This document shows positions 26,744 through 39,100 of a stretch of DNA of 64,000 nt, piece after piece. This stretch comes from a virus, in the IMG/VR virus record IMGVR_UViG_3300045988_063953; one strand, 5' to 3'. Within the stretch, counting starts at the first letter, position 1; each line of letters begins with the position of its first letter. The notes below the pieces were generated by a model. The model was not told the origin of the DNA. It saw only the letters and a list, made by a program, of their open reading frames with translations, and did no database searches. Position numbers and translations under genes: made by a program.

Positions 26744-26784
26744 GCCCCAATCCGTCCGAGAGGATAGATTGGGGCATTTTTTTT
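26744..26784 (+). terminator. intrinsic terminator in the convergent gap
   Basis: gccccaatc / gattggggc, followed by A and then T8. Confidence 0.75.
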
Positions 26785-26801
26785 ACTATCGCAATTAGTA
26801 C

Positions 26802-27125
26802 TTACAAGTACTTCAACCACGAGAACTTCTTTCTATTAGGAATATAATCTAAATCGTGTTGATTAGCATACGCTTCTTTTTCAAATGAAATATTACGATA
26901 AGCAGTATGACCATCTTTGTATTTAACACGATTATAAAGATACTCAAGAATATATAGTAAATAAAAACCTATATAACCAAGTTCTTTTTCTTGTTCATAA
27001 TGAATACTTTCGTGATTAATAAGAATATCAGTAACTTCATATTCTTTACGAACAAAGATAATATTACCAATAGTAATGGCAATATAACCTCTAAAAGGAA
27101 TAAATTTATTACGAATAACTTTCAT
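26802..27125 (-). CDS. small HExxH-motif protein (putative zinc metallopeptidase-like)
   Basis: 107 aa containing NHESIHYEQ. Last gene of the - strand block. Confidence 0.5.
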   Translation of the reverse strand: MKVIRNKFIPFRGYIAITIGNIIFVRKEYEVTDILINHESIHYEQEKELGYIGFYLLYILEYLYNRVKYKDGHTAYRNISFEKEAYANQHDLDYIPNRKKFSWLKYL

Positions 27126-27164
27126 ATTTTGAAGATTAAGTAAAGGAACGATGACAGAAACATC

Positions 27165-27184
27165 ACCATTCCTTTACGGGGGAG
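27165..27184 (-). repeat. GC-rich motif copy G
   Basis: accattcctttacgggggag. Intergenic. ttcctttac (27169-27177) pairs with gtaaaggaa (27140-27148). Confidence 0.85.
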
Positions 27185-27191
27185 TTATAGT

Positions 27192-30100
27192 TTATCTCTT
27201 TATACTATCATAAATATCTTTAGCAAAGCCAATACCATTACCAGTCATTTTATAATAATGATTATCATCTGAAATATGAACCATATTATCATATTGTCTG
27301 TACAATGGTATACGACGTTTAATATAAACAGTAAGTTTATTTTGACCAGAGAATCGTCCACTATGATAGTTAGGGTCAAAATCATCACCTTCCATAAGCA
27401 TTTTTGCAACTTGTCCTAAAGAAGCAATAGCATCACTCATAGCACCAGTTGCTGCAACAGGTTGTGACCATAATTGTTTACCTTGAGCATAAACACCATA
27501 AGGAGTAAATTGCATAGACTCAGAAGCAAGACGGTCAGCTTCATATAAAGCAAGATTACCTACAAAACTTTCATCATCGTCATCAAGAATAGCTCTTGCA
27601 GCTACTGCCATACATATAGCAGAAAGGAATCCGCAAAGTTCTCCAAGAGAACGTCTAATGTTAGCTTTTTCATATTCAGGAAGAATATTATAAGTAGACT
27701 TAGCTTCAAGTAAGAAGTCAAAAGAAAGTTTGAAAACATTTTGAATACTCTCAAGAGCAGATGTTTGAGCATCACTCATTCCATTTTTATTTTTAACTGC
27801 TCTAAGATTAAGACTAAGGAAGTCTATAAGACTTATATAAGTACCTTTTTCAATAGTTTCTCTTTCTTCATTAAAATAACCATGTCGTCTAAAGCGTTTC
27901 ATAAATCCTGAAGGAATATGTTTATGATATTGCATAATAAGACTACCATACCAAGTTTTTTCAATTTGTGCTTGGTCAAGTTTACCATACATACCATGAA
28001 TCTTTTTATTAACACTAATAACACGACCTTTGAACCTACCTAAAATCTTTGCTCTTTCATCAACAGGAATCTCACTCATAAGACTATCATCTTTGAAACC
28101 AAGATAACCATCTTCTGCAAGAGTAAATTGACTCATAAGAGTAGGATGTTCTTCATCATTATTGAACTCTTCTTTAGCACGTTTGACAGCGTCATTATAA
28201 TTCTTTCTCCAAAGGTCTTTTTCTTCCTTAGAAAGATATTTAATTGCAAACTCTGAACTAAGGTCTTTACGATAACGAACAATTTCCTTTTTAGTATCAG
28301 GGTCAGAAAGTTCTTTTGCTCTAAGTTCTGCAAACTCTTTACGATGTTTATCATCAAGAAGTTTCATAAGTTCAGCATCAGCCAAATCTTTAATATGATT
28401 ATCAAGAGTTTTTGTGATATATTTTGGTTCACCTGCTACAAGACCATATTTAGGATTCTCAAATAGTCTATGACTATAAGCCATACTGAACATAGCACCA
28501 TTCTGCATAAAATGTTCACCAATAGCTTGTGGAGTAAACATAGCATCACGAAGTCTTTGAACAGCTTCTTCACCTTTAGCTACTTTAACAGTACCATTAA
28601 GTTCATCATAATCTACTACAGCAAGATATTTAACAAGAGCATCAGCAGTACTTGTAGACTTATCAGAATAAACATCTTTCATAAAGCTAAGAGCATTAGC
28701 TATCCAATACTTTTTACCCATAGCCCAATCCTTTGAAGTAAAGTATTGTTTAGCAAATTGTTCACCAAGTATTTGGGTTTCACCCATAGTAATATTAGCA
28801 ATACCACCTTTAATATTACCCATCATATAAATATTAGAAGTAATATTTTGAGCAAAAGCAGCAGCCTTAGTAAACTTTTTATTCTTATCTTTATATTGGT
28901 CATAAATAAGACGTCTTACCCAATTAACATATTGAGCATGAATATTATTATCAGTAACCTTTTCATAACCATCAGCTGTATCAAGTGTTTTACTAAGATG
29001 TCCACTACCAAATTTTTGTTGATAAACTTTATAATCTTTAAGCATTTCTTCTCCATAATAAAGCATTAGCTTTTGGTCTTGAACTGCATTAAAGTGTCCA
29101 GCCTTAGTAATAAAGTTATTCATAACTTCCCACCAATTACGTTCTGCAAGGTCATTATGTTCTTTCTGACGAGCCTCTTCATATTCAGCTTTACGCTTAT
29201 TATAAGCGTCAATATCTACGTTATATTTATCAATATCACCTCCATAATCTTCAATATTAGGTTCAACTTCATCAAATTTAACACCATCTTTGGCTCTAAG
29301 TCTTTGAAGCATTGGCATATCCATAGTTCTATCATTAGCAAAAGTAATATCACTATCATTATAGAACTCAGTATCACCAGTATCTGCACTAACATAACCA
29401 AGAAACTTTCCACCTTCTTTAAGAATACGTTTACCAGAAGTAGGTTGCTCTTTCATCATAACAGGCATACTACCATCACGAATAAAACGTCTTGAAGATT
29501 CAGTTTGAGCTAATGCTTCAAGAGTATCACCAAATTTATCTCTAATCTTTTTCTCTACTTCATTAAGATGAACATCACTATCAAAACCACTACCTTTACG
29601 ATAATTCTTATATAGGTCACCACCTTTATAATTAGGATTTCTCATATCAGGAGAACCGTCAAGGTCACCATTACTATCACGACCGTCTTTAGGAGTACGC
29701 TCAGTATTCTTAAAAGAAGGAACCCATTGTCCATCAAATCGTGCAATATTAGGATTAGGTTTACTTTCAGTCCAACATTCAAGAGGAACTACAGCTTGTT
29801 TGTAAGGGTCATAAATATGATTAGCATCATACCATTCTTGGAATGCTTCTTTACCCTCAGCTTGTTTCTCTTGAAAAACTCTATAATAATGTTCTGTCTT
29901 ATCAGAAACAACAAGTTCTTTAAGAGCTTTAAGACCTTCAGTTTTGTTCTTATCAGTAAACTTATCTTTGACACTATCTTTAGGTTTAATGCTACCATAG
30001 AGATAACTATTAGGTTGAATCTTAACAGTACCATCATCGTTGATAATCATTTCACCATCTTTATCTAATGCTATTTCAGTATTAGCATCATACCACGCTT

Positions 30101-33100
30101 TATACCATTCTTCTCCTAAAACTTCAGCCTTAGCTTTAGCCCATTTGTTCATAGTATCAAAACGTTCTTGGTCAATCTTAGAATCTACATTATCTTTAAT
30201 AAACTTGAATACTTCTTTTCTATTAGTAGCACCCTTCTTTTTAGTAGTATCTCTGAGTTCACTATAAAGTTTTTCAAGTTTATGTAAATCATCAATACTA
30301 AGAGTGTCAGTTCTAACGGATTTTGTATGAGAGTTATAAACCTTTTGTAGAATCTCATTAATCTTCCAAACAATATCATTATATTCTTTAGTAACAACAC
30401 CATCAGAAGTCATACCTTTATAAAAATCAGCAGTATAAACTTCATTACCATCATTACCGTTACGAATAAGTTTTCTTTGAGAAAGACCTGTATTCTGAGA
30501 ATAATCATAATAAGCTTTTTGAAGAGCTTTAATATGTTCTACTTGTTCAGGAGTAAGTTTGCTTCCATCAACAACACCTTTATTATCGAGAATATCATGT
30601 TTAATAGCAAGACTTCTAATATAATCACGAGTCTTATTTCTACCATTATTACTTGTTCCTTTAGATACTTTTTTAAGAGCATCACCTACTTCTTCCCAAA
30701 AACTTTCTCCATATACATAACGAGCATTATGAGCAAGCCATTCTTTAGCCTTAACATATTCATCTTTCTTCATCAATTCAGAAAGAGGAACAGTAAGTTC
30801 ACCAGCAGCATTTCTTTCCTCATATGCTTTAATAGTATCAAGATTACGTTTAAGTTCTTCATCAAAACCAAACTTAGAATCATATTTATAATACTTAGCA
30901 TTGAGTTCTTGCATACGCTTAACATATTCTCTCAGTGCAGCACGGTGAACTCCCCCGTAAAGGAGATAACGTTTGTAACCCTCTAAATCAGTTTCTTTAT
31001 CAGGTACACGTTCCTCCATATCCATAAGAGGGTCAGTAGCAAGACGATTATCTCCATAAAGTAGTTTATGAATTTCATCTTCTACTTGTTTGAGTTCTTT
31101 TTCCCAATGCTCAGAAAGATTACCTTGAGAATCAATATGATCTCTAATTTCAAATTGACGTTCTTTAAGTTGTTTGTAATGACTAAAGATATATCTATGA
31201 CCTATAAAGTTAGGGTCTGTTTCTTTAGGCTGAGTAGCAGCAAATGGGTCAACCGCACCTCTAAATGGGTCATTAGGGTCTTCATAAACTTTAGCTTTAC
31301 CTATACCATCTTGTAGAAGAGCCTCTTCAATTCTAAGTTTCTCAGTATAATAATCTTGTCTAAGTTCCTGTTCAAAATGTTCAGCTTCAAAAGCATCAAG
31401 TTTATGTTTAGCAAGAAGATATTCAACATGCTTTTCAGCACCTTGTGCTTTAAGGTTTTGCATATTGTTAAGAAGTTCAACAAAAGTCTTTCTTAAATCA
31501 TCATTATAATCTTGTCTTAAACGAGTATTTTCGTCAACAATCTTATTCATATCTATAGTAAGACCTTTTTCACGAGCTTCTTTCTCAACTTCTCTCTTAA
31601 ACTTATTAAACTCTCTGACACGTTCTTTGGTAACCATTTCAGCACTTCTGATATTCTCCATAACGTGCTTTGTTATAATCTGAACAATAGGATTAGTACT
31701 TTCTTGTAAATCATTAAACCAAGCCTCGAAAGTATTACTACTATGATAACCATCAAAAACAGTAAGAATATCCTGTATAATATAAGGATTATTACTTAGC
31801 TTTTTAAGATATTCATTACCAAAGTTTTTAAGTGCTCTATCAAGTTTATTATTAGAAGACAATTCTTTTATTCTATCTTGAATAGTTTCAAGATAATATT
31901 TAAGATTCTCATCTTCTGCATTAACATCAAGATTAGAATACTCAGCAAACTTTCTAATAAGAGCCTTAGCTGTAAGAAGAGTTTTAAGGAACTTATCTCT
32001 TTCATCAATATCATTTGCAATAACATCAATTACTTGAGGGTCATCAATACTAAGATATTTACCTGTTTTAGTATTAGTGGTAAAATAATCAAAGTTATGA
32101 AGAATATCCTTAACAGTACTATCAACAAATTCAGCAGTAATTCTAACAGTACCACCAATATTATCTTTAGCTGCATTAGGATTATTAGTACCAGTAAGTT
32201 CTTTATACAAAGCCTTTGCTTTAACTCCACTTTCAAAACCTGCTTTAGCAACAAAATTAAAAGATTGTACACCTTGCTGAGCAGCTTCTTCATCAAGAGC
32301 TGATTGTCTTACTTCATCAGGCTTTTCTTGAACATCTTCTGTAACAATATAAAGAGGATAATTAGTAATATCTTTACCATTATCTCTTACAAAGTCTTGA
32401 AGTTTCTTAATTGCAGTTCTTTTACTAATATTAGTAATACCATCAACTTTATCATTAACATTATCATATTTGAGATAGCGTGCGTAGTCTGTGAAAGGTG
32501 CTTTGGCAATGGTGTAACCCATTGGCAAAGATACGCTTGATTTGCCATCAATGCTACGTTCTGTGCTTATGATTTGCTTTACTCCATTAGTAGTACTATT
32601 GGACTTAATATAACGTTCCAAAGCCAAATTTGAAATCCACAAGATTTTTCCATCAGCACCATTATGAACACCAAACCAATCATTAATCTGACGTTTGATA
32701 CTATCAAAAGCACCAACTTCGTTAGGCTTAGGATTGTTCAAATCAAATGGTATATTTTCAACAGCAATACTCTTAGTACCTTTAGTTATGTAATCTGTTG
32801 GTGTAACTTGCTTTGTAGCTTTAAGACGATTCTCAAATTGTTCACTCCATTCATGACTCCAAATAACATCTGCCTTACCAGTGAAATCTTTAATAGCTTC
32901 CCAATAAAATCTTTTATTAGGAAATTTATTATTTTCAGCATTTGCGCTAATATCACTTTGTTCATTAGCTTCAAGTTTATTAAGAGGAATCAAGAAAATA
33001 TCTTTTCCGTTATGAGCATCATAAATCTTATAAAGAACAGGTTCAGCTTTACCATTTTCCTTTAATCGGACATATTTATTGAACATTGGATTTCCATCTT

Positions 33101-36100
33101 CATCAAAATCACTTATATTATACTTTTCAAGTAATTCTTTCTGATTAATAGAAACACGTTTCATGCCATAATAACTATAACCTAATTCAGACTTCTTATC
33201 TACCTTATCAATCTTTCTTGTAGGAATAGCACGAAGAGTAGGATTACTTCTTAAAAATCTTTCTTCTAAACTATTTATAGCACTTGCTTCAAATGTTTTA
33301 TCCATACCTCTAAATTGGTCATTAACTTCTTGAGTAAAACCAATTCCGTCAAGAATACTACCATTATCAGTTCTGTCATTGAATAGAGTACTATTCTTAA
33401 TAACTTTACTTACACCACCACGACGCATCTTAAAGCCATCAACAACAAAAGCATATTTGATAATATCAATAGCTGTTGCTGCAAGTAATGGATTATTGTT
33501 ATCAAGAAGTTTTTCAAAACTATTATAAACAGTTTCAATGTTATCACTATTCTCAATAAAACTAATAGTATGCTTACCAATACGTCCTTTGAATGTATTA
33601 TGAGTAGAAGCTCTAAGATACTTAGTAACAAGACCATCACTAAATCTACTTTGAACCCAAAGAACCTTTTGTGCAGGACTAAGAGTAAGAAATTGTCTAA
33701 CTTCTTCTATAGTAGGATGATTAGCATCTTTAACGTCAAATGGTACTTTATTACCATCAGCATCTTCTACAAGACTTTGAGCATCTCTATTATAACCAAA
33801 TATTCTTTGAGTTTCTTCATAAGCATCATCGACCATCAGATTATCTGTAACAGCAGGTTGTAAACCAAACTCTTCAGAATAACTCATTGGGAATTTAATA
33901 GAAGAAACATTACTATACATACTACCAAGAACATAGTTTTGATAATCTCTGTAAGTCTGTTCTGTCATTACTTTACTACCTGTAAAGTTCTCAGCAAGAT
34001 GAGTTATAATACTTCTAAATCTATCACTTTGTGTAGCAAAAAGAAGTCTATTAACTTTAATAGAAGGTGCAGTAGCATATCTCAAGAAAGCATCAAGAGT
34101 AGGATAAGAAGATTTTACATCACCTTTGTAAGACATATAATCATCAATAGAACCAGACACTCCCGGATATACACTTTCAATAAAGTTTACACCATCTACG
34201 TTAAGAAGAATACCATTATCTGTATGATTATGTCTATCAATCAAAGTATGAATATCATCAAATACTTTATTTGTAGCAAATATACTTTGTTTAGCACCAA
34301 ACTTATCTGGATTACTTACACGAGCAAGGTCACCAATGTTTTGTGCAAGAGCATTAAGTTTATTGAACTGAAGTATAGTTACAAGGTCAAATACAAGAGA
34401 ATCAGCATTGTTACTTTCTTTTACGGGGGAGGTACCAAAAACTCCCTTTTCTTTAATTCTATCACCAAGAAGTTTAGTATCCAAAGGAACATCACTTAAA
34501 AAACTATGGTCAAGAGAAATATTATCTTTAATACCAAATAGTTTAGCAAGGCTCTTTTGAACATCACCATTCTTATTCAGTTCTTCTATTACTTTATCAA
34601 TAGGAGTAAACTTATCAACTTTAATATCTAAAGCCTTAGCAATATCCTTAATAGCAGCATGAATAGGATTATAATTACCAGAAACATAAATAGATTTATT
34701 TGCATTATAAGCATCTACAATTCGAGTAACACCTGGTTGCATAATAAAAGCAACAGCTGTTTCAAAATCAAGTCCAACATCAGGAAACGTTTTGAATACA
34801 GCAAAGGTATAATCATTCTCATTAGGAATGGCATCCTCTTTAATAGCATCAAGAATATGAGCAGTAGTCTGAGAACTATAAGCAGTAATAATCTTACCTG
34901 CAATATTTTTATTATTCTTAGACCAACCTAATTTATCAACTGTAAGAGTAATAGTACCTTTATCTGTATCAATAACTGCCATATCACCAAAAGAATCTGT
35001 TACAGTCTTAATATCATACTTAGCTAAAGGAAGTACAACTTTGAATTGAGCAGACTTATGTATAGTAGGTTTTACAGTATTACAAACAGAACAGAAAGTA
35101 TCACGAGTTACACTAAATGCTTTAAGTTTAGCACCAGACATAGCATCATCTTGATACTCAGCTTGGTCAATAACATTATAAGGAGTTCTATTTTGACGAG
35201 CAATTTGAGCAGGAGTTCCAGCATAAATAGCATTACGAGCTTTAATCAAATCATCAAAGTTAGAACGAGAAAGATTTTCTTCAAGACTATCTTCATGAGA
35301 AAGAATAGCTTTCATACTATCAAGCATTTTATTTTGACGAGCACGTTTAGTATTCTCTCTGATAATCTTATCTTTATTTTGTTCAGACCATTCATCTCTA
35401 CTTAGAAGACCATGTTCTATAGCCCAATTATTATGATTAAATTCTTTATCTTCTAATAAACTTTTATCTTCTACATGATCTTCAACATAGTCATTATAAG
35501 ATTTATTAGCTACTTCAATATAAGGAACTTTTCTTATAATACCTTCTTCATCAATAAAAGTATTATACTGAATACCATAAACAGAGTCAATATCAAAGTC
35601 AGAACCTGTCTGAGAAACCCAAGCATCAGGAACTACAATAGTAGAACCTAAAGCATCATCAGTAAAACCTACAACCTTAAACTTACAAACAGATTGTTTA
35701 CCTTCAGTAGGAATACGATAACCAAGAATTTCATCAAGACCTTCAGCTTGAAGTTCTTTAAGCAAATCTTCATCACTCTTAAAACTACCGTCATCATTAA
35801 TTCTTTTAAAACCAAAGTTAGCTGCAGGAAGCATTACTTCAATATAATCTGTATAATTACCATTTTTATCAGAATGATATCGAAGACTATGACTATAAGC
35901 ATAAGACTTTACAGACTCACGAATAGCCTTAAAACCAATATTAGTAATCTGAGCAGCATGAAAACCTGGAAGTTTCTGTCTTGTAATACCATTATTAAAC
36001 ATAGCTTGAGCAATATTTTCAAGTTTAGTTGAAACATTACTCATAAACAATGGCATACGAGTTAATGGAGTATTTCCAATTCTCTCTTCATCTTGAAGAG

Positions 36101-39100
36101 TTAGAAAGTCCATCATATTACTATCAAGAGCTTGTCTTTCAGCCTCAGCTTGAAGTTTTTCAAAGAATACTTCAGCATCAAGTCCAACAGGATTACCTTG
36201 TTCATCAAGTTTAAGATTACCATCTTCGTCTAATTCAAGACCACAATCTTGCATAAGTTGAACAAAATCATCATAAACATTAGCAGCATGACAATCCATA
36301 AAAGTTTCTTTATAAGCATAAAGAGGACTGTCTTTGTCAATGTTATCAACAATTTTCTTCATAATCTGAATAGCAGCTTTATTCTCTGCATTGATATGCT
36401 GAGGAGTTTCTTGCTGAGTATAAAGATGATTATAATCAAAAATCTGACAAGCTTCAGGACTTTTAACAGCTTTACAAAAATCACTCTTAAACCCTGATTC
36501 TCTATCTAAATCTTCAATAATTTTAGAATCAATTTCACCATTATTATCCCAAAGAGTAAGAATATTAGCTTTACCTGCTTTAGAAGTTTCTTCTGTATTA
36601 AGCTGGTCAATACCAAACTTATCCATAAGTTTAGCAACTTGTTCAAGTTGAGTGTCTTTAATAAGACGAGGAACTAATACAAATTCAGCATTTTTAATCT
36701 GACGAGGAGCAACTACACCAAGTTCAGCATTATAATGTAAATCGTAATAAAAGTTCTTTTGAACTTGAATAAATTCTTTAATATCTTCAGGATTAAGTTC
36801 TTGACTTTCATCGAGAATCTTTTCAATAAGAGGTTTATACTTATTAAATTGACCTCTTGCAGTAACACGACGAACCCACTCATTAAATGTAATATATGAT
36901 TGAGCATCATTTACTGTAGTATCTTCGTAACCTTTAAGGAAAGCATTAGCTTTAGTGAGAGCATCTTTCTCACTAAGACCTTCTTTACGATATGCTTTAG
37001 CGAGAGCTTTTGCAACTACTCCGTTAGCCAATACTTCTTTTTGAGTTCTAATAGTATTCTTAATAGTAACTCCTCTAAAACCATCATACTGACGAACAAA
37101 ATAATCTTCTTTTGTTCCATCAGCGTTAATTTTAGTAAATGGTTTACTAAGAGGACTTGTAACTATTTCGTCTTTAGTAACCTTACTATTATCACGAACA
37201 GCATTGAATATACCATAAGGAACACCTGAACCTTGAACTTCTTTAGCACGTTTAAGAGCAGTCTGAGTATCTTTGTAGAACTTCATATCACCCTCAAAGA
37301 TATCATCGAAGTTCATATACATCAAGTTGTAATTAATAGCAAAATCAGAAATACGTTCAGGAGAAAGATTTTCTTTCTTAAGAACATTTTCAAATTCATT
37401 AAGTCTATTAGTACTATCAAATACAAAATCTTTAATATATTCAGAAATAGCAGCATCAACAGCTTCTTCTTGAGCTTCATTAAGAACTACAGCACCTGTA
37501 GTAGGATTGGTAGTTATAGCTTTGGTAGCTCCCCCGTAAAAGAAATCAAATACTGGTTCAACAGAATTACCGCTATTATCTGCATGAGCAAATAGTTCAC
37601 CAAGATAATTACGACCATTAAGTTGGAATTTAGCACTACGAAAAACATTACCTACAAGATAACGTCTACCATCAGATTCTACATAGAACTTACCACCTTT
37701 TTGATGATAATTAGCAAAAGTTTGATTAGGATTAAGTTTAGCTTTATAACCACCCTCACCATCTTCTTCAAATATTTTATCAAAAGCAGTCTTAGCATTA
37801 GTAAGTTCTTGCATAAACACTGCTTTATATTGTTGGTACACAGGAGAAGTCTTATCAATAATCATTTCAAGTTCACCTGAGTTGACCATTGTTTGCCTAA
37901 GTTGTTCGTGTATTGCACTGAGTAGGTCGTCCCCAATTTCTTTAACACCATACGTATCATGACTAAGTACACCTTTGAGAATTGGCTTTTCAAGAACGAT
38001 ACCATTATTATTCTTATCACCATAAGTACCCTCAAGAACATACTTAGTAGTAACACCATCATTATTAGTATAATGATAAGTTACTGTAATAGTATCACCT
38101 TTTTGCGGTTTACGACCTAAAGTTTCTTCAACTTCAGTATTAATATTAGAAACTTTAATAGTTCTACTTCTAAGATTACCTTTAGTTAAATCATAAAGAG
38201 CTCTTTTCTTGTCAGCAATAACAGGAGTAAGAGTATCATAAATTCCCTCTTCACCAGCAGGAATTTCAACAATTTCATTAATCTTAGCATCAATCTTTTT
38301 ATTAGCCTCAGTAGGATTCTTAAGTCTAAACAAAGATTTAGTAGAATAACGAGGAAGAGTAATAACAAAGTTACGAGAAGCATCAGAAGGAGTTCTTAAG
38401 AAATAATCTGCAACTTCAGTATCTTTACCTAATATAGCTTCTTCATTTTCAGCTTCAAAAAAGTGATAAACCTCAGTAGCAATATAATCTGCTTTACTCA
38501 TATTAGCATAAGTAGCAGCAGAATCAGAACTTTCATTTGCAGCACCATCAAAAAGTTTAACTTTTGCTAAACGATGAGCATACTCAGTAGGCTGATATTT
38601 ACCGTAAACAAGTCTAAACAAACCTTTGTTAATTACTTTACCGTTAGCATCAGTCTTTTCTACAAGAATGTTACTATAATCATATTGATTACTTTGGAAC
38701 ATAAGTTTACCAAAGTTTTCAAGAGCTTCTTTACTCTGAACAGTTCTAATAAAACCAGTAAGCCAACTACTATTAATCACATTAGAACTTTGATTACCAT
38801 GAACATTATATGAATTAAGTTCAACATTAATAGTAGAATAAGGAGAAAGTTTGTTAGCTAATTCATTACTTAAAGTAATAGCACGAGGAGTCAAATATTC
38901 TTGCTCTCGTGCTCCACTAACATCTCTATAATCATCAGCTGTTGGATAATGTCCATGAGAATACTTATCCCAAATATCTTGTCTATTAGGATTACCATAT
39001 TGTTTAGAAGCATCTAATTCCTTATTAACACTATATGCCTCACGAATATTATTTTCACGAGCAATATAATTGGCTTTTACACTCTCAGCTTCAGCTACTA

